A stretch of 64,000 nucleotides of DNA from a virus (taxonomy: Duplodnaviria > Caudoviricetes): positions 1 to 64,000 of the IMG/VR virus record IMGVR_UViG_3300013999_000001; one strand, given 5' to 3'. Of this stretch, positions 47,211 through 56,869 are shown piece after piece. Both the position numbers and the translations under genes were made by a program. A model generated the notes under the pieces. It saw only the letters and a program-made list of their open reading frames with translations, did not search any database and was not told the origin of the DNA. Position 1 is the first letter of the stretch, and every line of letters starts with the position of its first letter.

Positions 47211-47358
47211 TGGGTGTCCTTACAGATTATCAGGGCTACAAAGCTACCTGAGTGACACCAATAAGATCAATAATCTGCGTCAATATCTTGCATGGCTGAG
47301 ACGCTAACAGCAACGACAAAGGCTATCACGGCCACGACAGCGCCGATAAGCCACCACA

Positions 47359-47637
47359 TTAGCGGTCGCCCCGGATGAACCGCCATGCATGGGATGCTGC
47401 GCGCAGCGGCCACGTTAAAACAATTAAGGTGATAAATACGGCCCCGGCAGATGCCGTAAGAAATGCGGCCACCAGCGTAAACAATAGCTGGGCTGCTGGT
47501 GGGAGGCGACGAGCCTTATTCAGGAGGGCAGTGTAATCATTAACATACTTTCCCAGCCTGCTATTAAGGCCGATCACCTCGACAATCAGCATAGCCGCGC
47601 CAAGCGCAATATAGAGCTGCCAGAAAATCTCTTTCAC
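47359..47637 (-). CDS. Small membrane protein
   Basis: 92 aa, two TM segments. Confidence 0.55.
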   Translation of the reverse strand: MKEIFWQLYIALGAAMLIVEVIGLNSRLGKYVNDYTALLNKARRLPPAAQLLFTLVAAFLTASAGAVFITLIVLTWPLRAASHAWRFIRGDR

Positions 47638-47768
47638 GTTATCCCCTTCTGCTTAACCGAGGGGATATGATAATCACTTAAATTCTAACGGTGAATGATA
47701 TTTCAATATTTTATTTCAAATAAAAACCCCGAGAGCGCGGGGTACGTTTATGGCCGGAGCCGGTGCAA

Positions 47769-48050
47769 TCAGGCCCAGAATGGATCTCGCAACCAGGCAG
47801 CAATCACTTTCCGGTGCGGCTCGTCCAACACGCTCGCCGCCTCGATAAGATTGAATTCGCCGTTCTTATGAAGCCAGATCGCCATAAAGAACTTCGCCAT
47901 AACCTTCTCACCGTGGCTCATGCCTTCCATATCCTCGCGCAGCTCCTGAACACGGCATTCACGCGCCGACCTGTCCCAAAAGCCGGAGATCGCCGGGTAC
48001 AGCGCCAGTAGCTCGAAAAACCGTGTTTGACTCTCACTTTCCATTTTCAT
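47769..48050 (-). CDS. Hypothetical protein
   Basis: 93 aa; MSHGEKVMAKFF...WLRDPFW; co-oriented with higBA. Confidence 0.6.
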   Translation of the reverse strand: MKMESESQTRFFELLALYPAISGFWDRSARECRVQELREDMEGMSHGEKVMAKFFMAIWLHKNGEFNLIEAASVLDEPHRKVIAAWLRDPFWA

Positions 48051-48075
48051 GCTTCCTGTTAGTTAAATTTCGCGT

Positions 48076-48489
48076 CTATACAAATAGCGCGGGCGAGATA
48101 CCAAAGCGTGCTGACAGCTTACGGACGTGATCCAGCGTCAGCGAGCGCTTACCGCTAAGAATGAGGCTCACCATAGATTTCTTGCCGATCTCGTTCTCAA
48201 AGTCAGAGAGGGTCAGTTTGTGCTGGTCAATCAGCACCCGCAGCATTGCTACGCCGCCGTCCATTGCCTCCAGTTCTTCATGAAGCGCGATTATTTCCGG
48301 CAGCGTGCTTTCGTATGCTGTAATGCGGGCGCACAAGATATCCATCAGCGGGTTATCTTCATCGTGATCGAGTAAATACTCCACCAGCTCCAGCGCGTTA
48401 TGATAATCGCGCTCAGAGACGTTATTCCCTACCAGGGGTATGACCTTCGCCAGCTCGGTGGCGGCGTGAATTGCTTCGTGGTTAATCAT
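48076..48489 (-). CDS. higA: HigA antitoxin
   Basis: 137 aa; closely resembles E. coli HigA (ALELVEYLL...ENPLMD...IGKKSMVSLILSGKRSLT..H..KLSARFGISPALF). Confidence 0.92.
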   Translation of the reverse strand: MINHEAIHAATELAKVIPLVGNNVSERDYHNALELVEYLLDHDEDNPLMDILCARITAYESTLPEIIALHEELEAMDGGVAMLRVLIDQHKLTLSDFENEIGKKSMVSLILSGKRSLTLDHVRKLSARFGISPALFV

Positions 48490-48797
48490 TCTTTGTTCTC
48501 CCGATAAAACTTCACCAGCTTGTCATATTCAGCGTGGGTGACGATGTGCTTTACAAATACCCGACCGTTCACAAAATTGACGTGAAACATGAATCTCAGG
48601 TTATTTCCGCCAACGTCCAGCACGTACCACTTATCCCTGTATTTCATCCTGTCCAGACTTGGAAACGCCTTACGCATTTCTTCTGGTGATCGGAAGCGTG
48701 CTTTTTTGAGTATATAAAGCGTGCTTTTCAGTGCCAGCGCATCATTCGGGTAACGCTCTGCGGCCTCTTCAAAAGCTTTTTCCGTGATTATGTGCAT
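48486..48797 (-). CDS. higB: HigB toxin (RelE-family mRNA interferase)
   Basis: 103 aa; MHIIT.KA...AAERYP, VLDVGGNNLR, THAEYD; toxin gene precedes antitoxin. Confidence 0.92.
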   Translation of the reverse strand: MHIITEKAFEEAAERYPNDALALKSTLYILKKARFRSPEEMRKAFPSLDRMKYRDKWYVLDVGGNNLRFMFHVNFVNGRVFVKHIVTHAEYDKLVKFYRENKE

Positions 48798-48985
48798 TTC
48801 TTCCCCGGACGTTTACTAACTGCAAACAATATAAAGCAATCCGGGAATGTTTGCAATCAGCAAACAAAAACCCAGCACAGTGGCTGGGTTCGTTACTCTT
48901 AAGCCCCATGACAGGGGGATTTATTACTGCTCAGATTTCACTTTCAGTGTCGCAGCTGCTTCGCGGCCTGCGTCGGTTAAACGGG

Positions 48986-49339
48986 TCATTCACTTTCCTC
49001 ATCTTCACCAATAGCGTCAGCGATAATCTTCTCAACCAGCATACGGTAAGCATACTGAGCACGGACAGCTTCCGGGGTGCGCCATTTCTCAACCTCAGGC
49101 AGCTTGATAGCGGACATATCGACCATGTAGCTGCGGTCAATCGGTGCGGCCTGCTCTATCACCTCAGCTGGTACGCCACCAGCCAGCACGTTTTCGGCCC
49201 AGTCCCTATCAAAGCCCGGCATCACCGGCAACATTGCGACGATTTCAGTTGGGATCGCGTCGATGTAGTCCAGCGCGGCGCGGGCCACTTCTCCAAACTC
49301 TTTCAAGTTACGGATTTGTTCGGGTGTTACCTTGCTCAT
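48986..49339 (-). CDS. Hypothetical protein
   Basis: 117 aa from MSKVTPEQ; overlaps upstream ORF. Confidence 0.55.
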   Translation of the reverse strand: MSKVTPEQIRNLKEFGEVARAALDYIDAIPTEIVAMLPVMPGFDRDWAENVLAGGVPAEVIEQAAPIDRSYMVDMSAIKLPEVEKWRTPEAVRAQYAYRMLVEKIIADAIGEDEESE

Positions 49340-49556
49340 TTTTGGCTTCCTGCTCGTCGGCATATTTCTCAAGTGCGTTATCAACCCATTCAGAGAGTTT
49401 TAAGCCTCGCTCATTTGCCAGGCGGATATAGCGAACCTTCTTTTCGGGGGTAGTGCGCGAGTGAATAACAGTTTCGCGGCGCACTTCTTTGGCGGCGTTC
49501 TGGTTGCCGCGCAGCCCCTGATAAAGCTCGTCAGGGGCAACCTTAGATTTTTTCAA
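49308..49556 (-). CDS. Putative ribbon-helix-helix DNA-binding protein
   Basis: 82 aa; VIHSRTTPEKKVRYIRLANERGLKLSEWVDNAL pattern. Confidence 0.55.
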   Translation of the reverse strand: MKKSKVAPDELYQGLRGNQNAAKEVRRETVIHSRTTPEKKVRYIRLANERGLKLSEWVDNALEKYADEQEAKNEQGNTRTNP

Positions 49557-49559
49557 TCT

Positions 49560-50981
49560 TCACTCCTTTTTATGGGGTTGGTGTATAGGGGATTTAGCGT
49601 GACCGGCCACAGCGCGGCAGGCATCACCCAATCTCACGATTTTCTCCCCGTTCATACAAAATTGTTTCATCCTGCCCTGCTGGTGGTCCTCTGGGCTAAA
49701 GTAGCTCGCCTGTAGCGGGTTGTAGGTCCGGTTGCTTTCGCAGACCTTGTGGAATGTTCCCTTGGCATGCTGCACCACGTATCCATTAAGCGAGCCAGCG
49801 CCGTCGGGCATTGCGTCCAGCACGTAATTGATTGCCAGCGCTTCTTCGTGCGCAGCCTCTACCATTTCTTTGAAGCCTTCGCCGTAAATATCGATCCCCA
49901 TTCGGCTGTTATGGATTGCACGCTGTTCAGGGGTTAGGCCGTCGCTAATAATGCCGTCAAATTCGTCGTTTTCTTCCAGCGCGGCGGCGTGTGCAGCATT
50001 GATAATTAACATTTTCAGACCTGCGGTGTGGCCGGGCCAGAAACGCTGCAATTCCGGTGTGCTGAATTCAGGTAATGAATGGTCAAGCGCGGAGTTAACC
50101 GCCAGTGCTTCACCGTGCGCCGCCTCAATATCTGCTGCCAGCATACCCGGATGCAGACGCTCAGTCTGCGACAGCACAAAGTCAAAATCGTCAGGGGAAA
50201 GGCCATATTTCCATCCAAACTCCGGTAGCTGGTCAGCGTTACCGATCAGGCGGTCGATTTTGCGTGCCAGTGCCTCAGCCAGCTCCAGATCCTCGCGCTG
50301 GCGCACCGGGTTTCCCAGCCAGAATTCAGCACGTATGACTTCGGCAACGCGGCGCGGTTCGTCAGCTTCATGACGGCGCTTGACCTCCGCGTTAGCTTTC
50401 TTCTCCAGGATATGAAGAGAGGCACACGTCTCGTTTTTGCCGATAATCAAGCATTGCGCCACCAGCGCCCACAGGTCAGCCGTCAGCACGTTACGGCCAC
50501 GATGGAATGGGTTAGCGGAGGGGGTGAAGTAGTCAGGGTTACGCAGGCTGTTAACGGTGCTACCGTCGGTCAGCAGGTCTATACGGACGTTGTAGGCAAT
50601 GCGGGCAACGATAGCCACATCGTTAAAAGTCATAGCGGCCAGGGCTTCGTCTACCGCTTCCGCTTTCTTCTGCTCGATGCGCTCAGCCACCAGGCCTTTC
50701 AGGCGCTTGTATTCAGCCTTAAACGCCGGGACATCTTCGATTGCGATCCACCAGCCACGGGAATAACCCTGATTGTAGTTCGGGCAGGCGTCACAGCAGC
50801 TCGCAAAGGTGGTTTCACTCAGCAGGGCGTCCATTGCTTCCAGTTCGGCTGCGGTAGCGTTTTCAATCAGGAAATGATGCTTGTTGCCGCGCAGAAGGTA
50901 TTTAGCTGCAACTTTGCCGCTGAATGAGTTATCGCGGTCGGAGCGGTCGTGTTCAGAGGTGGACTGGCGTGATAATTTCAT
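49560..50981 (-). CDS. Hypothetical protein with three AAH.EAL..N repeats
   Basis: About 473 aa from MKLSRQ (GGAG RBS); EAAHGEALAVN, NAAHAAALEEN, EAAHEEALAIN. Confidence 0.7.
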   Translation of the reverse strand: MKLSRQSTSEHDRSDRDNSFSGKVAAKYLLRGNKHHFLIENATAAELEAMDALLSETTFASCCDACPNYNQGYSRGWWIAIEDVPAFKAEYKRLKGLVAERIEQKKAEAVDEALAAMTFNDVAIVARIAYNVRIDLLTDGSTVNSLRNPDYFTPSANPFHRGRNVLTADLWALVAQCLIIGKNETCASLHILEKKANAEVKRRHEADEPRRVAEVIRAEFWLGNPVRQREDLELAEALARKIDRLIGNADQLPEFGWKYGLSPDDFDFVLSQTERLHPGMLAADIEAAHGEALAVNSALDHSLPEFSTPELQRFWPGHTAGLKMLIINAAHAAALEENDEFDGIISDGLTPEQRAIHNSRMGIDIYGEGFKEMVEAAHEEALAINYVLDAMPDGAGSLNGYVVQHAKGTFHKVCESNRTYNPLQASYFSPEDHQQGRMKQFCMNGEKIVRLGDACRAVAGHAKSPIHQPHKKE

Positions 50982-51132
50982 TTGGTATTCTCCGGTGTCG
51001 GTAAGCGCCGATTCGCTGGCGAAAGCTATCGCCTGAAACAGAATATACATGGGCGTTATTTCCAATGCAAACCGTTTTGTATCACAAAACAGTTTGCACC
51101 ATAAAAAGCCCGCGTAATGCGGGCTGGTGGCC

Positions 51133-51483
51133 TTACTTTTTGGCTCTGCGTAGCAGTCTGTAACTGCGACCGCAAATCGTACATTTGGCCGACATAGACC
51201 CGCTGCGGGCCTGTTTCAGGGTAGATCGCGCCAGCTTGCAATGCGGGCAACGTTCCTCTGAGCAGCGCTCAGCCATGCGGTCATTGATTTCCTTCGTCAT
51301 TTCCGGCGTGTGCTTACGGCGCGGCTTCGGCGGGATATGGCCCAGCGCCTTTGCAATTCTCCGATACTCCCGACGAATCCATGCGCCGTCCGACTCACGA
51401 TCCAGTCCATCCCCTATCATGTCACCCAGCCTCACCAACTGGCTCATGAGGCTCTGCTCAGTTTCTTTGTCGAGCTTGCTCAT
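51133..51483 (-). CDS. Hypothetical protein with C-terminal zinc ribbon
   Basis: 116 aa; CPHC...CTIC. Confidence 0.65.
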   Translation of the reverse strand: MSKLDKETEQSLMSQLVRLGDMIGDGLDRESDGAWIRREYRRIAKALGHIPPKPRRKHTPEMTKEINDRMAERCSEERCPHCKLARSTLKQARSGSMSAKCTICGRSYRLLRRAKK

Positions 51484-51770
51484 AGACGTCTATTCTTCTC
51501 AAACTGGAGTTGTTCAACCTCTATCGCATTATCACGGTCACGCTCCCAGCAAAGACGGTCATATTCCGCTTTCACGTCTGCGGGCCATTTTTCCATGTAC
51601 GTGCCGTACTGCTCAGGGATAGCGATAAGGCGAAGCCTGCGTTCCTGACGCGGGTTTTTGAGTACATCGGACGGGCCGAGTATGGAAAACAGCGCACCGA
51701 GGCTCCCTGCCCCTTTTATGCTGGCGATAAGCTGTTCCGCTGACCCTCCAGCTCTGTTAGTTTTCAACAT
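51480..51770 (-). CDS. Hypothetical protein
   Basis: About 96 aa; AAGGA RBS; translationally coupled. Confidence 0.55.
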   Translation of the reverse strand: MLKTNRAGGSAEQLIASIKGAGSLGALFSILGPSDVLKNPRQERRLRLIAIPEQYGTYMEKWPADVKAEYDRLCWERDRDNAIEVEQLQFEKNRRL

Positions 51771-51775
51771 CGGCC

Positions 51776-52135
51776 CTATTCCTTTGTAATATCGACTTGG
51801 GTAATTACGGGTTGTTTTTTCCATGCCGTCCACGCGCCGTTTTTGTGCCAGCGCTCGTACTTAACGTGATCGTGCGAGGTATAGATTTGAGGCGCATCCC
51901 CTGCCTGGATTTCAGGGGTTAAGACGTCGATTTGTGAGCAAGTCTCGACCGCCGCAGCCATCGCCACGCTGGTGGGGCTGGCGGGAACCAGGAAGCTGCT
52001 TAATGTTTCGCTTATTTGCTCGCGCAACTGCTGGCACCCGGCATATTTCACGGCGGTATCACGCAGACTGTTTACCAGCTCGCGGTAAACATGAGGAGGT
52101 AACGAGTAAAGCTGGTTATTGTCCATTGGCTGCAT
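51776..52135 (-). CDS. Hypothetical phage protein
   Basis: 119 aa; YRELVNSLRDTAVKY..CQQLRE.IS motif common in enterobacterial phages. Confidence 0.6.
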   Translation of the reverse strand: MQPMDNNQLYSLPPHVYRELVNSLRDTAVKYAGCQQLREQISETLSSFLVPASPTSVAMAAAVETCSQIDVLTPEIQAGDAPQIYTSHDHVKYERWHKNGAWTAWKKQPVITQVDITKE

Positions 52136-52385
52136 ACTCCGCTAATAACTCTTCCCATTTCTCCACCAGCTTAATTCTTGTTGCTGATTCCATGCCGGGG
52201 TGAAACGATGTGCCATAGCGCAGGCAGTTATACGGGCATCTGATTTCCGCCGATCCCATGCTCATGCCATACTTGCGGACCCTCATTTCCGGTTCATTGC
52301 CGCACTTCGGACATTTCATGCTGCTTAAATCAATTTTCCGCGTCACCGGCAGTCTCCTTTTGCATTGCAGATTGAATTGCATCAC
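52116..52385 (-). CDS. Small zinc-finger protein, possibly Lar-like
   Basis: CPKCG...CPYNC...W; true start probably downstream of the track start. Confidence 0.45.
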   Translation of the reverse strand: MMQFNLQCKRRLPVTRKIDLSSMKCPKCGNEPEMRVRKYGMSMGSAEIRCPYNCLRYGTSFHPGMESATRIKLVEKWEELLAEYAANGQ

Positions 52386-52848
52386 GGCAGGCGCTAACTA
52401 CAGTCCACCCGTCATAGGTAGCTAAATCACGCTGTAGGCGTTTTTCTGCGCTTTTCTTAGCGCGGCGCATACACTCACCAAAGACATCGCTGCTTACCTG
52501 GCTTTTCAGTTGCTCCAGCAGAGCCTCGTTTTCATATTGCCATCGAAGGCGATTGACCTCTTTTTCCTGACAGCGCAAAACAGACAGCTGTTCACATATT
52601 CTTGAACGACACCAAAACCATGATTTATGTGCCGAAGTTGCCCGACGATACCAGTCAGATTCTTGGTCTGGATGCTGGGCCAATTGATTTTTGATGCGGC
52701 TGAGCGTTCTGTCTGTTAGCTCCAGACCACGCAGACAATCTTCAATAGTTACCAGCGAGTCCAAATTGATACGCCCGTTTTCAAGCGTGATAGCTTTCCC
52801 TGAATTTTCAATGACTTTTGGAGGCTGCTCTTTGCTGAATTCATCCAT
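52330..52848 (-). CDS. Hypothetical protein
   Basis: 172 aa; helical; operon context. Confidence 0.6.
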   Translation of the reverse strand: MDEFSKEQPPKVIENSGKAITLENGRINLDSLVTIEDCLRGLELTDRTLSRIKNQLAQHPDQESDWYRRATSAHKSWFWCRSRICEQLSVLRCQEKEVNRLRWQYENEALLEQLKSQVSSDVFGECMRRAKKSAEKRLQRDLATYDGWTVVSACRDAIQSAMQKETAGDAEN

Positions 52849-52850
52849 CG

Positions 52851-53099
52851 TTATACTTCCTCAGTCACTAAGTAGGTTTCATTCCGGTTAATGGCCTTTC
52901 TTGCCTTCCCAGCTTCGATCAGTTCGCCCACCAGCTGTTGCAGCTTCTCCGCTTCCTCTGGCTGTTTCTCAATAAGTTTTTTTATTTCGGCTTGCAGGTA
53001 CTTAGCGCGGTAATCCAGCGCGTTCAGGATATCTATGCCCGGTAGTTTTAATTGCAGCGCAGCCTTCGGATATTTTTCGATATCTTTTTCAAGCGTCAT
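52851..53099 (-). CDS. Hypothetical protein
   Basis: 82 aa from MTLEKDIE. Confidence 0.55.
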   Translation of the reverse strand: MTLEKDIEKYPKAALQLKLPGIDILNALDYRAKYLQAEIKKLIEKQPEEAEKLQQLVGELIEAGKARKAINRNETYLVTEEV

Positions 53100-53637
53100 G
53101 GTTTGCTTCCTTACTGGCACGAAACAGGAACGACTGCTGATAGCCGGTCAGGAACCACAATCCGTCAGCGCGCTGACTCATTTCGTACCAGTCACACTCG
53201 TCGAGGTCAGAAACAAGGTTGTCACCGCAGATGCAGATGTCCGGGCCGCGCGGTTCAGCGTCATAGATTGCGCCAACGGTGAACCATGCGGGTTCGGTCG
53301 AGCTAACGCATTCCATTTTGGTGGTGCTCGTCGCCTCCACGGCATACTTCGCAAAATCCTCCTCGCCGGTTGCCCGGTGAGCCAGGTTGCCGACGCCGTT
53401 CGTGACGAATTGCCCTTTGGGCAGGAAAGTACGCGGGAACCGGTTATGCCACTGACCGAACTCGGTTGCTGTACCGTCTTTGAATTTCACCGGTCCGCAG
53501 GCAGAGCACAGCAGCTTGCCCTTGCGTTCCGGCGCGTAGCTCCAGTCGAAGAATTGGGTAAAAAAGCCTTTAAACCCCTGCGATGACAGCGCGGTATTCT
53601 CACAGCACCCGCAGTTTTCACACTGAAAGAGACTCAC
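53089..53637 (-). CDS. Hypothetical phage protein with Cys-rich N-terminal domain
   Basis: 182 aa; FQCENCGCCENT...LLCSAC...GQWHNRFPR. Confidence 0.65.
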   Translation of the reverse strand: MSLFQCENCGCCENTALSSQGFKGFFTQFFDWSYAPERKGKLLCSACGPVKFKDGTATEFGQWHNRFPRTFLPKGQFVTNGVGNLAHRATGEEDFAKYAVEATSTTKMECVSSTEPAWFTVGAIYDAEPRGPDICICGDNLVSDLDECDWYEMSQRADGLWFLTGYQQSFLFRASKEANHDA

Positions 53638-54356
53638 TGGCTGGCCTCATTGCTGATGCTGTTAAAGCCCAGGTAAACAGCCATAGACCGGTCCACCAGC
53701 TTCGTGTTGTGATATTTGCCTATACCCCAGACGATCGCATGCAGAATCCAGAGGAAATGGACGCTGTAGGTTTTGTAGGTGATATCGCTGCATAGCTCCC
53801 AGGTGTCCACACACTCAGGCCAGTACGCTTCATAAACGGCGTGAGACGCTAATTCGGCGCTTTGGTGGTTCTCATTGCACAGGTCGCGGACAATCTCGCG
53901 GATCTTCGCTTTGTCGCTGTCCGGTTCATCGCTTTCATCGTCCCAGTCAACGTCCGGCTCGTCCTCGTCGTCCTCTTCAAAGTACGTGCTGAGCTGTTCT
54001 TTCAGGCTCGCGCAAAATTCATCATGGTCGTATTCCTGCGCCAGGAAGTCATGCGCTGAACGGCCCGCGCCAGCTTCCAGCTTTTCAGACCAGTAACCCG
54101 CATTGATGCCCTTTTCAAAGACGCCACCGAAGAAATTGAACATGTCCCGGGTGCGACTGAATGTCCATGTGCCCATGTCGCCGGTAACGGCCAGATACCC
54201 GGGCCATGTAACAATGTCGAAGTAGTAACAGGAGGTGCCGGGTTGTGCGAAACGCAGGTGGCGGTAAACGCCGTTGTCCTGCAATACGGTCATGCGGTGC
54301 TCGCATACATCAGAGATAAAGCGCGTAACCAGATCGTTCTTGCGACGTGTTTTCAT
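53634..54356 (-). CDS. Hypothetical phage protein
   Basis: 240 aa; DNGVYRHLRF...FDIVTWPGYLAVTGDMG.WTFSR motif. Confidence 0.7.
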   Translation of the reverse strand: MKTRRKNDLVTRFISDVCEHRMTVLQDNGVYRHLRFAQPGTSCYYFDIVTWPGYLAVTGDMGTWTFSRTRDMFNFFGGVFEKGINAGYWSEKLEAGAGRSAHDFLAQEYDHDEFCASLKEQLSTYFEEDDEDEPDVDWDDESDEPDSDKAKIREIVRDLCNENHQSAELASHAVYEAYWPECVDTWELCSDITYKTYSVHFLWILHAIVWGIGKYHNTKLVDRSMAVYLGFNSISNEASQ

Positions 54357-54688
54357 TGTGCTGAATCCTTTTCCCCCGCCCCACCAGCGTGCTCAAGGTC
54401 TACGCCCATGCTTTCCAAGGCAGAGCGCCAGCGGTTCTTCATTTCATCAGTGCAATGCGCCATCGCGTCATCCCAAGATGGCCAGCGTTTCTCTTCCGCG
54501 TAGAACGAATACTGATAAAAGAGCGACTGAGCGTTATGTGGCAATTCTGCCGGGTGGCTGGTGGCACATACTGGGCAGGTGCCAGGTGGCGCAGGTACAA
54601 TTATCGCATTAACCGCGCGGGCCTTAACCTCTCCGGTTTCAAGGTCAACGGTCTGCGTTTCAAGTGGCAGCGTGTGGATCATGCTCAT
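54353..54688 (-). CDS. Hypothetical protein with CxxC-H motif
   Basis: 111 aa; CPVCATSH...PHN...RWPSWDDAMAHC. Confidence 0.65.
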   Translation of the reverse strand: MSMIHTLPLETQTVDLETGEVKARAVNAIIVPAPPGTCPVCATSHPAELPHNAQSLFYQYSFYAEEKRWPSWDDAMAHCTDEMKNRWRSALESMGVDLEHAGGAGEKDSAQ

Positions 54689-55197
54689 TGTTTTAGCTCC
54701 TGCGTCCCGTCCAGGCGTTTAAATTCGATTGCCCACACCCAGGGATTGCTGCCCCAGCTTCCTTCTCCGTAGATGTCATCCCACAGCCAAGAAAACACTT
54801 CCCGCGCGTCGTGGCTTGCCTCGCCGAAATACTGCATACCCGGCATAAGGCAGTAGCGCCCGGACGCCGGTAATGTGTGCAATCCTTCCCGGACCGCATC
54901 GCGTGCGGTGATATCTCGGACTCGCTGAATGTGTAATTTGGTGATTTCCAGCGTCAGCTCGCCGCAGGTCAGGCGATCGCCAACCTGACCATACGGACTG
55001 TTAGCCAGCATCATGCTGATATGGCGAGTTTGCTCAGGGCCTGCCGAATTCAGCGCGTCAGGCTGTAAGTCGGCCCCGCAGAAATGCTCCTGCTTAATAA
55101 TGCGTCGCGTCTGGCTTTTGATGCCTTTAAGGATGGCGTCGAGCGTCAAGTCGTTAAACGAAACGGGGGTTGTTTTAACAGTCGTTTGAGCACTCAT
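54685..55197 (-). CDS. ASCH/PUA-like phage protein
   Basis: 170 aa; AIL.GIKSQTRR, SPYG..GDRL, W.SNPWVWAIEF. Confidence 0.7.
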   Translation of the reverse strand: MSAQTTVKTTPVSFNDLTLDAILKGIKSQTRRIIKQEHFCGADLQPDALNSAGPEQTRHISMMLANSPYGQVGDRLTCGELTLEITKLHIQRVRDITARDAVREGLHTLPASGRYCLMPGMQYFGEASHDAREVFSWLWDDIYGEGSWGSNPWVWAIEFKRLDGTQELKQ

Positions 55198-55553
55198 GCC
55201 GCACCGCCAGCAGAAGCGAGGCGGTCAGCCAGGTCAGAAAGTGGTGTTAACTGGATTTGCGGCATCAGCGCGGCCAGTAGCCCCGTATTGCGCTTATTAA
55301 CGTGGTTAGAGTCGAGGGCATTAATCAGGTCACTAACGTTGATCTGCGTCAGCGGACGCGTCATGCGGTATCCGCCGCCCGGACCGCGCAGACTTTCCAC
55401 CAGCCCCGCGCGGCGAAGAGGACTCATAACTTGTTCAATGGCCGAGTTGCATCTGCCGGTTTTGATCGTCAGCTCAGATACTGACGTGATGTCGGTTGAA
55501 TTCAGCGCGCAAAGAATTTCAAAAGCGGCTTCATGGCGGGAGGCAATAATCAT
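55194..55553 (-). CDS. Rrf2-family transcriptional regulator
   Basis: 119 aa; IEQVMSPLRRAGLVESLRGPGGGYRMTRP; no Fe-S Cys triad. Confidence 0.85.
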   Translation of the reverse strand: MIIASRHEAAFEILCALNSTDITSVSELTIKTGRCNSAIEQVMSPLRRAGLVESLRGPGGGYRMTRPLTQINVSDLINALDSNHVNKRNTGLLAALMPQIQLTPLSDLADRLASAGGAA

Positions 55554-55576
55554 GGTTGTTCCTTTGGTGCTGGCCG

Positions 55577-56116
55577 TCAGGCTGGCACGGTGATGTCGTT
55601 AACAGGGGAAAGCGTCGGGGCGGTGATGTCTTCACGATCCGGGCTGTAAGCTGGTGGTCTGAAAGCGGCGACCTGGAGGCAAGTAATACCCATGCCGCGT
55701 ATCGCGCGCACCACGTTGTCGTTGTCGTCGAACGCGCAGAAGATGAGATCCGGGCCGATAGCCTTAATCCAGTCAGTTTTCACGGCGGCAGGTTCGCGGT
55801 GTTCATCCGGGCCGCGCATGATAAGGCGGTCATACGGGATGTTATGGCGCGTAAGCCACGCCACGGTTTCCGCGCGGGCCACTTCGCCCCGGCTGGTCAG
55901 AATGAAAATGCGGTAATGCTCACTCAGCGATACCAGTAAGCGGATTACGGGGGTGATAGGCGCGTCGTTACCGCAGGCCAGGCTGAACCGGTCCCAGCTC
56001 GACGCAATATGCGCGATGCTGGCAGGCGGGATCAGATGGCTACGGTGCCGGGTATCCGCCAGCGTGTCGCACAAGTCAAAAATGATGATATCGGGCAAGG
56101 CCATTCGCTCTCTCAC
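55577..56116 (-). CDS. HAD-family phosphatase, polynucleotide kinase/phosphatase C-terminal type (Pap-like)
   Basis: 179 aa; IIIFDLCDTLA, ILTSR, K, FDD motifs; DxD motif reads DLC. Confidence 0.75.
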   Translation of the reverse strand: MRERMALPDIIIFDLCDTLADTRHRSHLIPPASIAHIASSWDRFSLACGNDAPITPVIRLLVSLSEHYRIFILTSRGEVARAETVAWLTRHNIPYDRLIMRGPDEHREPAAVKTDWIKAIGPDLIFCAFDDNDNVVRAIRGMGITCLQVAAFRPPAYSPDREDITAPTLSPVNDITVPA

Positions 56117-56266
56117 TCTCTCTGTAAATCCTCATATTTTCAAATGATAATACAGATAGTGAATCTAAGGAAAATATTATTTATAGTTTTCGTTTTAATG
56201 CATTGGATAATGACAAAATGCTTTTTCCATTCCTAAAAGTGATCAAGAATCTAAGAAATTAATTTA

Positions 56267-56869
56267 TTGGATGTTTTGAGAATGGAAAAGAAGAATGAGC
56301 GATACGAAAAGCAACGCCTCGCCGCAGAACGCGACCGGGAACGCAAAAGAGCCAAGCTGGCTGACCCAGCTTACCAGAAGGCTCAGCAGGAAAAACGCCA
56401 GGCGTCAGCAGAACGACAGCGCCTGCGACAGCGGGAACGCCAGCAGGAAAAGCGCCAGAAAGCCGCTGTAGCACCAAAAGCCGCGCCGGTCGCCATGGTG
56501 CGCAAGAAGTCCACGCGCGGCCTGAAAGGCCGCACACCAACCGCCGCAGAAAAACGGGCAATGACCGCCCTCGCCCGCCTGTCATGTGTCGCCTGCGCGC
56601 TGCACGGGGAAGATCAACCGCTTATCAGTCTCCATCACATCGACGGGCGCGAGAAACCCGGTGCGCACTTCATGGTGATCCCTCTCTGCCGATGGCACCA
56701 CCAGCATGCCGCTCCGAAAGAGATCCGCGCGATTTATCCGTGGCTGGTGCCTGTCCACTCGGACGGCAGCTGCGGGGGCAAGGCGGCATTTACCGCCCTG
56801 AATGCGAGCGAAGAGGATTTGCTGGCTATCGCCTACGAGCGGGCTGGCATTGTGCGGGAGGCGGCTTAA
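56267..56869 (+). CDS. ref: Ref, RecA-dependent HNH nuclease (recombination enhancement function)
   Basis: 200 aa; charged N-terminus, GRTPTAAEKR, CVAC, LHHIDGR, PLCRWHHQ. Confidence 0.92.
   Translation: MDVLRMEKKNERYEKQRLAAERDRERKRAKLADPAYQKAQQEKRQASAERQRLRQRERQQEKRQKAAVAPKAAPVAMVRKKSTRGLKGRTPTAAEKRAMTALARLSCVACALHGEDQPLISLHHIDGREKPGAHFMVIPLCRWHHQHAAPKEIRAIYPWLVPVHSDGSCGGKAAFTALNASEEDLLAIAYERAGIVREAA

Noticed and set aside
52116-52385. Firm call as Lar restriction-alleviation protein
   Set aside because: Only the CxxC pattern matches; insufficient without an HMM search, so kept as low-confidence
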